Positions 50,430 to 60,770 are shown, counted from the first letter of the stretch. The stretch: DNA of 64,000 bases from a bacterium (GCA_965213625.1 CBDBZU010000004.1:1440001-1504000), one strand, 5' to 3'. Notes: generated by a model not told the origin, from the sequence alone. A program made the numbers and translations.

Positions 50430-51527
50430 TCAAGACCGGATGAGAAGCTGAAATGCGTATCCCGCGACCAGCGAGCCCAGTATGCCGACCGCCAGGTAGA
50501 TGGCGAAAACTTTTCGTTTCACCAGCGCCCACACGCCGGCCATGGCGGGTACGCACGTGACGGGACCCGCGATGAGAAATGCCATGGCAGCGCCCCCGCC
50601 CATGCCGGCGGCAAGGAGTCCCTTGGTGATGGGAATGGCGGCGACGCCCGAAGTGTAGAGCGGTATTCCCACCGCACTCGCCAGGGGGATCGACCAGGGG
50701 TTGTCTTTACCGAGTATCGCGCCTATCCACGCGGGGTCGACGTAGTGAACGATGAGCGCTTCCAGGAAAAACGCCACCGTCAGCCACTTGGCGAGATAAA
50801 GGCCCACGCTGCTCGCCTGGGCGGCGAAGCCGCTCAAAGACGGCCTGTGCATCCGGGTTTCACCTTGGGTTTCTTGCGCACCCGGCGCAACGATGCTCCT
50901 GAGTTCCCCGTCGAGCCTTCCGCCTCGCCCGATGAGGTAGGTGGCGTAGCCTGCGGCGGCGCCCAAAACAACCGCGCTGATGAGCCGCGCTACGGCGTAG
51001 TCCGTGCCCAGAACGCCTGCGGTCAGCACGAATTTTTCAGGACTCATCAGGGGCGAGCTGATCCAGAAGGCCATCACGGGTCCAAGTGGTACGCCGCTTG
51101 CCAGCATGGCGGCGATCAGGGGAATGACGCCGCAGGAGCAAAACGGAACTACGGCGCCCACCGCGGACGCGCCGGCGATAGCCATGCCCTGGCGCTTGTC
51201 GAAAACCGCCTTTATCTTGTCCGCGTACCCGGCGACGGTGACCCACGCCGATACCCCCACGCTCAGGAGGAAAAAGGGCGCGATGCCCCAGAAGCTGTTC
51301 AGCATGAACAAGATATTTCGCTTGATCTCGTCGGTGATGAGGCCGGCGGAAATCTCTCGTTCCGCTCCCGCCCACAGGATGAGCGCAAATAGCGCGCCTA
51401 TCGATATGAAGCTCCACAGGTAGGGGGAAGTCCACCTGGCTTTCGGCTCCGGCGCGCAGCAGGAAACTTCCTCGGCGGACGATGCAAGGTTATCAGCGGC
51501 AGGCGTTGATTTCACTTCGGTGATCAT
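50430..51527 (-). CDS. DUF318/ArsP-family permease
   Basis: PFCSCGVIP, VMAFWISSPL, GIPLY, AMAFLIAGP; N-terminal SCC. Confidence 0.85.
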   Translation of the reverse strand: MITEVKSTPAADNLASSAEEVSCCAPEPKARWTSPYLWSFISIGALFALILWAGAEREISAGLITDEIKRNILFMLNSFWGIAPFFLLSVGVSAWVTVAGYADKIKAVFDKRQGMAIAGASAVGAVVPFCSCGVIPLIAAMLASGVPLGPVMAFWISSPLMSPEKFVLTAGVLGTDYAVARLISAVVLGAAAGYATYLIGRGGRLDGELRSIVAPGAQETQGETRMHRPSLSGFAAQASSVGLYLAKWLTVAFFLEALIVHYVDPAWIGAILGKDNPWSIPLASAVGIPLYTSGVAAIPITKGLLAAGMGGGAAMAFLIAGPVTCVPAMAGVWALVKRKVFAIYLAVGILGSLVAGYAFQLLIRS

Positions 51528-52018
51528 GAAGATAACTCCTCGGCGGCGCGCGCGAGTTTTTCTATCGCGCGGACGATCTCTTCTTTCTCCGCAGGGGAGA
51601 ATTTATCCAGAAGCGCCCCGTCCTCGAGCGCGCAGCTTTCCGAGATAGTCCCATGAAGCGCCGCTCCCGCCTCGCTCAGACTCAGGCAGCACACGCGGCG
51701 GTCTCCTGCCTTCATGCAGCGCTCTATCAGGCCGCGCTCGACGAGCGGGTCAGCGCAGCGCGTAACGCCGCTTGGGGTGAGACGCATCCGTTTGGCGATG
51801 ACCCCCATGGGGAGGGGTTCCGCATCCGCGCCCGCGAGCATGTGGAGGAGCGTCCATTGGTTGTTCGTGATGTCGTGGCGGCACACAGCTTCTCTGTCGG
51901 CGGGTTTTTTCTGGTGGAAGAGATTATCGAGCGCCACGTGGAGCCGTGCGCCGAGGTCGTGTGTTTCAAGCGCTGTGGTTTCGCAAGAGGCTTGCGGCGT
52001 GATGTCCATTTTGTTCAC
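51524..52018 (-). CDS. Cys-rich MarR-family regulator
   Basis: LTPSGVTR..D.LVERGLIER...DRRVCCLSLSEAG; overlaps the permease start. Confidence 0.88.
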   Translation of the reverse strand: MNKMDITPQASCETTALETHDLGARLHVALDNLFHQKKPADREAVCRHDITNNQWTLLHMLAGADAEPLPMGVIAKRMRLTPSGVTRCADPLVERGLIERCMKAGDRRVCCLSLSEAGAALHGTISESCALEDGALLDKFSPAEKEEIVRAIEKLARAAEELSS

Positions 52019-52109
52019 AACTCCTCTATTTCTTCATTCCGGATTCTTCCTGGTGAAACCCTTTCACCTGGATATATTTTTTAGTAACCGTCAAATATGT
52101 TATTTCTCA

Positions 52110-52130
52110 ATATTTGACTAAATCAAATAT
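52110..52130. promoter_or_regulatory. Palindromic operator candidate for the MarR protein
   Basis: ATATTTGA-CTAAA-TCAAATAT perfect 8-bp inverted repeat in an AT-rich divergent promoter; half-site TCAAATAT at 52091. Confidence 0.55.
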
Positions 52131-52305
52131 ATTAATGTTCAACTTTCCTGTCAAGTGGAATACTTTTCTTATTAAAAACAGGTAGACCTCGGGGCGGAAC
52201 CGGCTTGTTCCATACCATCACCACCCCTATACTCTGGACGATTCGCACGGCGCCTCACCAAGCCGTTGTTACGCTTTCGTCTTGTGGGTCTTGAAGAGGA
52301 TGATT

Positions 52306-53196
52306 ATGGAACCCATCGCTATCGATGAAATCAGCGAAGATCGCGCCACGGGAAGAGTTGCGGCAATTTATCAAGACATGCGCCAGGTGCTCCGCAGTAC
52401 GCAGGTGAACCTCATCTATCGCACTCTCGCGGTGCACGAGGATTACTTTTGCGCGGCTTGGGACGCGCTCAGGCCCAACGCCTCAATCGCATATTTCGAG
52501 CGCTGCGCGGACAACCTCAGGATGCGCATGGCCCCGCCCATGCCGCCCGACGTGCCAGAAATAGGGGAAGATCTGGAAGACGACTTCGACTACTCATCAG
52601 AGGACATCGACGCGGTCGACGGCGTATTGGACATATACAACGACGCGAATCCCAAGAACCTCATTCTCGTCGCGGCGCTCAAAGGCGCGCTCAACGGCAT
52701 GAAGATAGGCGGCATCCGCCCCGGTTCGGAGTCGGACACCAACGTCCTGCCCACTGGTCCGCCCGCTTCCATGCGCGCCGAGAATCTGGTGGACCCGGCA
52801 GCCGTGGATGATTCGGTGGGAGCGCTCTTCGAGGAAATTCGCGAGGCGACTGGCGGGCTGGGCAGCGTCTGGCGCGCTCTCGGGCATCATCCCGCCTTCC
52901 TGGAGCGCGTCTGGCCGTTTTTGAAAGAAGAGATGGCGAAGGCGGGGTACCGGATCACCGTCGCGCAGGCGCAAGGCGCTGCGGCGACCGCAGCCCAGGA
53001 ATTTCCCTTCGCCGTCGATTTGAGCAGTGAGCGCGTGGCGGCTCTGGGTCTTTCGGAAGGCGAAATTGATGTGATCGATAAGAAGCTCGATCGCTTTATC
53101 CACCTCATCCCCAGAACCAACACCTTGATCCTCCTCATGAAGGCGGCCCTGGTAGGCGAGGGCAGGGTGCGTAGAAAGCCCTTCGAGGGGGAATAG
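52306..53196 (+). CDS. DehI-family (group I halocarboxylic acid dehalogenase-like) protein
   Basis: Two homologous halves (E..ATG.VA.IY.D.R....VNLIYRTLA...AW and LFEEIR...SVWRALG.HP.FL...W), ANPKNL. Confidence 0.7.
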   Translation: MEPIAIDEISEDRATGRVAAIYQDMRQVLRSTQVNLIYRTLAVHEDYFCAAWDALRPNASIAYFERCADNLRMRMAPPMPPDVPEIGEDLEDDFDYSSEDIDAVDGVLDIYNDANPKNLILVAALKGALNGMKIGGIRPGSESDTNVLPTGPPASMRAENLVDPAAVDDSVGALFEEIREATGGLGSVWRALGHHPAFLERVWPFLKEEMAKAGYRITVAQAQGAAATAAQEFPFAVDLSSERVAALGLSEGEIDVIDKKLDRFIHLIPRTNTLILLMKAALVGEGRVRRKPFEGE

Positions 53197-53579
53197 ATTA
53201 TTCGTTTCGCCTGCGCCGCTCTGGATGCGCGCGCCTGGGATAATGTCCAAGCGCCGACGCCGCTGGACATTTTCGCCGGTTTTCTTATACTGATCCGCAC
53301 AACATGAAAATTTGGGGAGATGGGGGGCGCTCGAGGGGCGGGGCCGAAAGGCCCCATGCGTGCACTTCGCAGATTTATCTGTCCAGATGATCCACTTCCT
53401 CACATCCCTATGCCCTTACTTGATGCTAAGCTGTTCTTAATCCATCGTGACTTCTCGCGCATGATGAACCTTCCTTACCGAGGCGTTGTTGACGATCTCG
53501 ATTTGTGATATTTTCTCTTGCCTTTCGGACGGAAAGCGGCGCCTGCGAATGGGTCGCCACGGAAAAGTCGCCGAGTCGG

Positions 53580-53656
<77 letters not shown>

Positions 53657-53725
53657 TCATTTTGGAATTCGCGTCGCCCTTTTCTCCAAATGCTTGGCCA
53701 CTGCGGGAGAGGGGGATGAAGGCAT

Positions 53726-53802
53726 GGTGGGTGTAGCTCAGTGGTTAGAGCGCCGGGTTGTGGCCCCGGAGGTCGGGGGTTCAAATCCCCTCACTCACCC
53801 CA
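53726..53802 (+). tRNA. tRNA-His(GTG), including G-1
   Basis: Anticodon arm CCGGG-TTGTGGC-CCCGG, C discriminator, encoded CCA. Confidence 0.96.
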
Positions 53803-53858
53803 AAGTTTTACACATTCTTGAGCGGACCTGGCTTCCGAACAAGACCAACGGATATCAC

Positions 53859-53935
53859 GCGCCCGTAGCTCAATTGGATAGAGCGTCGGACTTCGGATCC
53901 GAAGGTTGTAGGTTCGAGTCCTACCGGGCGTGCCA
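53859..53935 (+). tRNA. tRNA-Arg(TCG)
   Basis: Anticodon arm TCGGA-CTTCGGA-TCCGA, GGTTCGAGTCC, encoded CCA. Confidence 0.95.
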
Positions 53936-54342
53936 TTGAAAATCAAGTGTATACACAATATAATCAACTAGATAAAAAAATCTGGAGATATTGATTTTAT
54001 TCCCGCTGTTTCTCTGTTTATCCTGAAATATCCATGTGACAGGCATAACAACGTCCCCTAAAATAGACACTCGAAATTCTTCTCGCGAATTGTTAATTCG
54101 GTGAGTAGTTGAAGAGTTTCTTGTAAGAATTCGATATAACCTTTGTTCCTGGATATAGGATGAATAGTAAATACATAGCTTTCTTTATTGATGTTCGTAG
54201 CTGAACCAATTTTTCTGTAACAGGATTGATACACCTGGAATATGAGAAAAAGGGCATAAACTTCTGGCCCCAATAGGCTGAAAGCTCGAGAGATTTTCCT
54301 GGCCATCTGCAATTATTTTTTCTGATCAAAGAGGAGGCTCCG

Positions 54343-55371
54343 ATGCGCGCCATGGTTCTGCATGAATGGGGAGGTTCCCTGACGCTCGAAACGGTGCCCG
54401 ACCCGGTGCCGGGCCACGGGGAGGTCGTGCTGCGCGTGCACGCCTGCGCACCGGATCAGTTCGACGTGACCATCCGCGCGGGCCGGATCGGCGGTAAACT
54501 GCCCCTCATCATGGGGCACGAGATCGCGGGTGAGGTGGCCGCACGGGGGCCCGGCGTCGAGGGATGGAAAGAAGGCGCTCGCGCGGTCGTCCACGCCTAT
54601 CTCACCTGCGGTCGGTGCCGGTTTTGCCGGCTCGGCCGGGTGACGCTTTGCGAGAATTTCAAGGGCTACTTCGGGGTGCATCAAGACGGCGGCTACGCCG
54701 AGTACGTGCGGGTTCCGGCGGAGAACCTCTGCGCCATTCCCGATGGCGTGGGGTACGCCGAGGCGACGACCATCGTGAGTCCGGTGGCGACCCCGCTCAA
54801 GGCCATCAAAACGCGCGCGGGCGTGCGGCCGGGGGATGACGTGGTCGTCGTCGGCGCCTGCGGCGGTGTGGGAATTCACGCCGTCCAGATCGCCAAGGCT
54901 TTCGGCGCGCGTGTCGTCGCGGTGGATATCGACGACGCCAAGCTCGCCCGTGCCAGGGAATTGGGCGCAGACCACGCTGTGAACGGCCTGGAGGAGGATT
55001 TCGCCGAGATCGTGAGAGAGGTCACCGACGGCAAGGGAGCCGAGGCCGTGCTGGAGTTCGTCGGCACGGAGCAGACGCTGCCGAAGAGCTTCGCTTCGCT
55101 GACGAGAACGGGCGTCCTCGTCGTCGTGGGCTTTCAGCCGGGCACGGTTTTCGCGAGCGACCCTACCCGCTTCGTGGACGATGAGATCACGGTAACCGGC
55201 TCGCGCTACGTGAATCGCGCTGAGTTGGCCGAAGCCGCCGCATGGGTCGGGTCGGGCCGGGTGAAGCCCGTCGTTTCGGGGACGTACCCCCTGGCCGAGG
55301 TGGAGAAGGCGCTGGCCGACCTCTCGGAAAACCGGGTGGTCGGTCGTGCGCCGGTCCTGATCGATTCTTGA
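54343..55371 (+). CDS. Zn-dependent medium-chain alcohol dehydrogenase-family protein
   Basis: GHEIAG, CGRCRFC..G....C structural Zn site, GACGGVG. Confidence 0.9.
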   Translation: MRAMVLHEWGGSLTLETVPDPVPGHGEVVLRVHACAPDQFDVTIRAGRIGGKLPLIMGHEIAGEVAARGPGVEGWKEGARAVVHAYLTCGRCRFCRLGRVTLCENFKGYFGVHQDGGYAEYVRVPAENLCAIPDGVGYAEATTIVSPVATPLKAIKTRAGVRPGDDVVVVGACGGVGIHAVQIAKAFGARVVAVDIDDAKLARARELGADHAVNGLEEDFAEIVREVTDGKGAEAVLEFVGTEQTLPKSFASLTRTGVLVVVGFQPGTVFASDPTRFVDDEITVTGSRYVNRAELAEAAAWVGSGRVKPVVSGTYPLAEVEKALADLSENRVVGRAPVLIDS

Positions 55372-55673
55372 CGACTAATTCCACGCAGCTCTATTGGGAC
55401 GATCTGCGCCAGCAGGTCGTAGCCGAACAAATAATTACGAATGGCCTGGATCTTCGCCTTCGAGTTGTCTCTGCAACGCCCTTGGATTCCTGTCGGCTGC
55501 TCAAAGAAAGGGTGTCGGGGTTTGCATGGCGCAACGTCCTATAAAATCGCTCGTATTCAGACAAAAATTTTTAGATCATCCATGCGGGTTTGTGTATAAT
55601 TCAACTTCATCTGCAATGAGGATCCAATTCGCACGATTACGTTGTACAACAATGACACATGGGAGACGAGGCG

Positions 55674-56858
55674 ATGAAAAAACTGCTGGTTGCAATGGCT
55701 TTGGTTTTACTTGCAAGCGCGACGGCCAGTGCGGAAACCATTAAATTGGGCGTCCTTTTCGGGTATACAGGCCCCATCGAATCCCTGACGCCGCCAATGG
55801 CGAAGGGCGCCGAGTTGGCGATGAAGGAAGTCAGCGACAGCGGCGCACTGCTGGGCGGCGCCAAAGTGGTTTCGGTGCGCGGCGACACCACATGCACGGA
55901 TTCTGCTGCCGCCAGGGCGTCTGCCGAGCGTCTGATCACTTCCGATAAGGTAAACGCCATAGTCGGCGGGGATTGCTCGGGCGTCACCATCGCCATGCTC
56001 CAAAACGTAGCCATGCCCAACGGGATCGTGATGATCTCCCCATCGGCGACTTCCCCCGCTCTTTCTACCCTCAAGGACAACGGGCTGTTCTTCCGCACCG
56101 CTCCATCAGACGCCCGGCAGGGGCAGGTTATCACCGCCGTTTTGAAGGAAAGAGGCGTCAAGTCGGCGGCGTTGACTTACACCAACAACGACTACGGCAA
56201 GGGACTGGCCAACAGCATCAAGACCAACTTCGAGAAGGCCGGCGGCAAGATTACGATTACTGCGGCGCACGAAGACGGCAAGGCGGATTACACGGCGGAA
56301 GTCGGCGCCCTCTCTGCCGCGGGAGGCGATGTTCTTATCGTCGCAGGATACTTGGACCAAGGCGGCAAGGGCATCATCCGGGCGGCGGTCGATACCGGCG
56401 CGTTCGAAACCTTCGTGCTGCCGGACGGCATGATCGGTGACAGCCTGCCAAAGGCGATCGGCAAGGCGCTCGATGGTTCTTACGGCACCGTTCCCGGTAC
56501 GGACAGCCCGGGCGCGGCGAAGCTCGGCGAAATGGCCAAGAAGGCCGGTTTCAAGGGGGGTAACCCGTTTGTGGCCGAGGCCTATGACGCTGCGGCCCTG
56601 CTCATGCTGGCCATGCAGGCGGCCGGCTCCAGCAAGAGCAAGGCGCTCAAGGACAAGGTCATGATGGTCGCCAATGCGCCGGGCGAGAAGATCTATCCCG
56701 GTGAGTTGGCCAAGGCGCTCAAGATTATCGCCAAAGGCGGCGACGTCGATTACGTAGGCGCCTCGGCGGTCGAACTGATTGGTCCCGGCGAGAGCGCGGG
56801 CAACTACCGCGAGATACTCGTGAAGGGCGGAAAGATCACCACCGTGCGGTACCGTTAG
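55674..56858 (+). CDS. Branched-chain amino acid-type ABC substrate-binding protein
   Basis: Signal peptide, ISPSATSP, FFRTAPSD, NNDYGKG, EAYDA. Confidence 0.92.
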   Translation: MKKLLVAMALVLLASATASAETIKLGVLFGYTGPIESLTPPMAKGAELAMKEVSDSGALLGGAKVVSVRGDTTCTDSAAARASAERLITSDKVNAIVGGDCSGVTIAMLQNVAMPNGIVMISPSATSPALSTLKDNGLFFRTAPSDARQGQVITAVLKERGVKSAALTYTNNDYGKGLANSIKTNFEKAGGKITITAAHEDGKADYTAEVGALSAAGGDVLIVAGYLDQGGKGIIRAAVDTGAFETFVLPDGMIGDSLPKAIGKALDGSYGTVPGTDSPGAAKLGEMAKKAGFKGGNPFVAEAYDAAALLMLAMQAAGSSKSKALKDKVMMVANAPGEKIYPGELAKALKIIAKGGDVDYVGASAVELIGPGESAGNYREILVKGGKITTVRYR

Positions 56859-56923
56859 ACCGGGTTGTCTCTTGGTAATTCGCCCCAGGAGAGACGACTG
56901 GGCGATGCGGCCGCGCGTATTTT

Positions 56924-57724
56924 GTGGATATCATGATATCTGTCGTTGATCTGCATATGCACTTTGGCGGCATACGCGCCGTCGATGGTGTTTCCCTATC
57001 CATCGACGGCGGTCGCATCACCGGTCTCATCGGTCCCAACGGCGCGGGTAAGACCACGCTGTTCAACGTTATTGCCGGTGTGCATCGCCCCACGTCGGGT
57101 AGCGTCTATCTGGACGGGGAGAACGTTACCGGCCTCCAGTCGCATGAATTGTGCGCCAGGGGCATGCTCCGCACCTTTCAGATCGCGCAGGAATTCCCCA
57201 CGCTTACGGTGCGCGAAAACCTCATGATGGTGCCCACGGGCCAGTCGGGAGAAAATCTTCTCGGCGCCTGGTTGCGGCCCGCGCTGGTGAGCACCGAAGA
57301 AGAGCGCGTTCGCGCCAAGGCAGAGGAAGTCATCGAGTTTCTTCAAATCACGCAGGTGGCCGATGAACTGGCCGGGAACCTCTCCGGTGGCCAGAAGAAG
57401 CTTCTGGAACTCGGTCGCACCATGATGGCCGACGCCAAGGTCGTTCTTCTGGATGAAGTGGGCGCCGGCGTGAACCGCACCCTGCTCAAAACGCTGGGCG
57501 ATGCGATTCTCCGTTTGCAGCGCGAGCGCGGATATACATTCTGCATGATAGAGCACGATATGGATTTCATTTCGCGTCTTTGCGATCCCGTAATCGTCAT
57601 GGCCGAAGGTGCGATTCTCGCACAGGGCGGCGTCCAGGAGGTGAAGGCCGACGAGCAAGTCATCACGGCCTATCTCGGCGGACGCCGCAAAGACAAGCCG
57701 AACCGGACCGATGACGATGATTGA
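56924..57724 (+). CDS. ABC ATP-binding protein (LivG-like)
   Basis: GPNGAGKTT, LSGGQKK, LLDE, IEHDM. Confidence 0.92.
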   Translation: MDIMISVVDLHMHFGGIRAVDGVSLSIDGGRITGLIGPNGAGKTTLFNVIAGVHRPTSGSVYLDGENVTGLQSHELCARGMLRTFQIAQEFPTLTVRENLMMVPTGQSGENLLGAWLRPALVSTEEERVRAKAEEVIEFLQITQVADELAGNLSGGQKKLLELGRTMMADAKVVLLDEVGAGVNRTLLKTLGDAILRLQRERGYTFCMIEHDMDFISRLCDPVIVMAEGAILAQGGVQEVKADEQVITAYLGGRRKDKPNRTDDDD

Positions 57725-58433
57725 CTCGGAAGATTATCTCCTCGGCGAGAACTTGACCGGCGGCTACGGCGGGCCGGACATTCTGAACGGGTGCACCATC
57801 GGCGCCCGAAGCGGAGAAATCACGGTCGTCGTCGGCCCCAACGGCTCAGGTAAATCCACGGCCATGAAGGCGCTCTTCGGCATGCTGGAGATGCGCGAGG
57901 GTACTGTTCGCCTGGGCGGTGAGGACATCTCCGGTCTGACGCCGCAGGATCGCGTCGTCCACGGAATGAGTCTGGTGCCGCAAACCGGCAACGTCTTCAC
58001 CTCGATGACGGTAGAGGAAAACCTGGAGATGGGGGCCTTCATCCGCGAGGATGACATTGCGGACACGATGGGGCAGGTGTTCGACCTCTTCCCGGTCCTC
58101 AAGGAAAAACGCCGCCAGCTTGCAGGTGAACTATCCGGCGGCCAGCGCCAGCAGGTGGCAGTGGGCCGCGCGCTAATGACCCGTCCGAAGGTATTGATGC
58201 TCGATGAGCCCACGGCGGGGGTCTCGCCCATCGTAATGACCGAATTGTTCGAGCGGATCCTCTACATCGCGGGTGACGGCATCGCCGTTCTTATGGTGGA
58301 GCAGAACGCCCGCCAGGCGCTGAGCATCGCCGACAGGGGCTACGTGCTGGTGCAGGGGCGAAACCGTTACACCGACACCGGTCCGGCCCTGATGATGAAC
58401 ACGGAAATCCGCCGGGCGTTCCTGGGCGGTTGA
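57711..58433 (+). CDS. ABC ATP-binding protein (LivF-like)
   Basis: GPNGSGKST, LSGGQRQ, MLDEPTAG, VEQNA. Confidence 0.92.
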   Translation: MTMIDSEDYLLGENLTGGYGGPDILNGCTIGARSGEITVVVGPNGSGKSTAMKALFGMLEMREGTVRLGGEDISGLTPQDRVVHGMSLVPQTGNVFTSMTVEENLEMGAFIREDDIADTMGQVFDLFPVLKEKRRQLAGELSGGQRQQVAVGRALMTRPKVLMLDEPTAGVSPIVMTELFERILYIAGDGIAVLMVEQNARQALSIADRGYVLVQGRNRYTDTGPALMMNTEIRRAFLGG

Positions 58434-58437
58434 GGCG

Positions 58438-59451
58438 ATGGACGGCATCCTGAATGCGCTGATCCTGTTGTCGAATTTTGTCATCGTTCCCGGCATGGCG
58501 TATGGCAGCCAGTTGGCGCTCGGCGCCCTGGCCGTCACCTTGATATACGCCATATTGCGCTTTTCGGATTTCGCCCAGGGCGACACCATGGCCTTCGGCG
58601 CCATGGCGACCATTCTGATCACCTGGATGTTCCAATATTGGGGCGTTTCCATCTTCCCTCTGCCGACCGCGCTGTTGGCTCTGCCTTTTGGCGTCCTCTG
58701 CACGATAGCTCTTTGCCTGTTAATCGATCGTTGGGTGTACCGCTTCTATCGCCGGGTGAAAGCGAAGCCAGAGATATTGATGATCGTCTCGGTCGGGGTG
58801 ATGTTCGTGTATAACAGTGTGGTGCGCATCATCATCGGGCCCGGCGATAGGTGGTTCGTCGACGGGGAGCGCTTCATCATCACGGCCCCGGCCTTCAAGC
58901 GCCTGAGTGGTTTGAGCGAGGGTGTCGCCTTCAAAACCACTCAAGGGCTGACCATCCTGACGGCAATCATCGTGGTGGCGGCGCTTTTCTGGTTTTTGAA
59001 CCGCACGCGTGTCGGCAAATCCATGCGCGCATATTCGGACAACGAAGATCTGGCTCTGCTCTCGGGGATCGATCCGGAGCGCGTCGTGCGGACCACTTGG
59101 ATTATCGCCGCGACGCTCGCCACCATCGCCGGCGCCCTGTATGGCCTGGACAAGAGTTTCAAGCCGTTCACCTATTTTAATCTTCTTCTGCCTATCTTCG
59201 CAGCCGCCATCGTCGGTGGACTGGGCAACCCGCTGGGCGCAATCGCCGGTGGCTTTACCATCGCCTTCTCCGAGGTCGCGCTCACTTACGCCTACAGGAA
59301 ATTCGTCGCTTATCTTGCGCCTGGAGACTGGGCGCCGCAAGGATTGGTGCAGCTGTTGTCCACGGATTACAAGTTCGCGGTTTCCTTCGTCATCCTGGTG
59401 CTGGTGCTGCTGCTCCGGCCCACAGGTATTTTTGGGCGCAAAGCCTCATGA
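58438..59451 (+). CDS. ABC permease (LivH-like)
   Basis: LIYAILRFSDFAQG, GKSMRA.SDN..LA.LSGI, AAIVGGLG. Confidence 0.92.
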   Translation: MDGILNALILLSNFVIVPGMAYGSQLALGALAVTLIYAILRFSDFAQGDTMAFGAMATILITWMFQYWGVSIFPLPTALLALPFGVLCTIALCLLIDRWVYRFYRRVKAKPEILMIVSVGVMFVYNSVVRIIIGPGDRWFVDGERFIITAPAFKRLSGLSEGVAFKTTQGLTILTAIIVVAALFWFLNRTRVGKSMRAYSDNEDLALLSGIDPERVVRTTWIIAATLATIAGALYGLDKSFKPFTYFNLLLPIFAAAIVGGLGNPLGAIAGGFTIAFSEVALTYAYRKFVAYLAPGDWAPQGLVQLLSTDYKFAVSFVILVLVLLLRPTGIFGRKAS

Positions 59452-60770
59452 AGCCTTCGATCCGCAAGCGAGAGAAGATGCGCGCCGTCTACATGTTTGC
59501 AGCCATGTTCACGGCTCTGGCCGTGGTCGGCGTATTCCAGAGCTGGTCCCTGGCGCTCGCGATACTGAACCTTTGCCTCATATCGGCCGTGATGGCGCTC
59601 GGCGTCAACATACAGTGGGGCTACGCCGGAATCATAAATTTCGGCATCCTGGGGTTCGCGGCGCTGGGGGGGGTGACGGCGGTTCTCGTATCCGTCGCGC
59701 CTGTACCTGCGGCCTGGGGAGCGGGCGGCGTCGGTGTCATTGTAGCCATTGCGATTTCTCTGGCGACGATTCTGGCTGCCGTTTTCGCCACCAGGCGGGC
59801 TCCTGCCGGGATGCCTCGTAAGCTTCTCCTCGCCTGCATTATCATCGGCGGCTTTTTTCTCGCACGGGCGTTCTTTTTCCCTGCTGTGGAGGCCATCGAG
59901 GCCGTGGATCCGACCAAAGCCGGGTTTCTGGGAGGTTTGGGATTGCCCATCCTGGTCTCCTGGATTGCAGGCGGCTTGCTCGCCGCCGCCGTTGCCTGGG
60001 TGATCGGAAAGATCGCCTTGGGATTGAGGGCCGATTATCTGGCAATTGCCACGCTGGGCATTTCAGAGATCATTATTGCGGTTCTCAAGAACGAGGACTG
60101 GCTGGCCCGAGGCGTGAAGAACGTGAGTGGCCTGCCTCGACCCGTGCCGTATGAGGTGGATCTACAACAGTCTCTCTGGTTCCAGGATTGGGCCGCCCGT
60201 CTGGGCGCAGCGCCCGTCGAGTTTTCCTCCATCTTTGTCAAGTTATCCTATGCGGGACTGTTCGTGATCGTTCTTATCGTGGTTTTGTGGCTTTCCGAAC
60301 GAGCGCTCCATTCACCATGGGGCCGAATGATGCGCGCCATCAGGGACAACGAACTCGCCGCCTCCGCCATGGGGAAGGATGTCACGGGGCGTCATCTGCA
60401 GGTTTTCGTCCTGGGTTCGGCGGTGGTCGGCGTCGCCGGAGCCATGCTCACCACCCTGGACGGGCAGTTCACGCCTGCTTCCTATCAGCCGCTTCGCTTT
60501 ACTTTCATCATCTGGGTGATGGTCATCGTTGGGGGGTCGGGGAACAACTGGGGTGCGGTTCTGGGTGGTTTCGTCATCTGGTTCTTCTGGATTGAGGCTG
60601 AACCCATCGGTCTGTGGCTGATGGACCTGCTCACTTCGGGACTCGCGCAAGACAGCCCATTGCGTCGTCATCTGATGGAAAGCGCGGCCCATATGCGTCT
60701 GATGATCATGGGGGTGATACTGTTGCTGGTTCTGCGCTTCAGTCCACGCGGTTTGATTCCGGAAAGATAG
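59448..60770 (+). CDS. ABC permease (LivM-like)
   Basis: QWGYAGIINFG, LRADYLAIATL, SPWGRMMRAIRDNE, VIVGGSGN. Confidence 0.92.
   Translation: MKPSIRKREKMRAVYMFAAMFTALAVVGVFQSWSLALAILNLCLISAVMALGVNIQWGYAGIINFGILGFAALGGVTAVLVSVAPVPAAWGAGGVGVIVAIAISLATILAAVFATRRAPAGMPRKLLLACIIIGGFFLARAFFFPAVEAIEAVDPTKAGFLGGLGLPILVSWIAGGLLAAAVAWVIGKIALGLRADYLAIATLGISEIIIAVLKNEDWLARGVKNVSGLPRPVPYEVDLQQSLWFQDWAARLGAAPVEFSSIFVKLSYAGLFVIVLIVVLWLSERALHSPWGRMMRAIRDNELAASAMGKDVTGRHLQVFVLGSAVVGVAGAMLTTLDGQFTPASYQPLRFTFIIWVMVIVGGSGNNWGAVLGGFVIWFFWIEAEPIGLWLMDLLTSGLAQDSPLRRHLMESAAHMRLMIMGVILLLVLRFSPRGLIPER

Noticed and set aside
55372-55500. Possible gene fragment on the minus strand (KIQAIRNYLFGYDLLAQIVPIELRG)
   Set aside because: Too short to assign without a search and has no clear start
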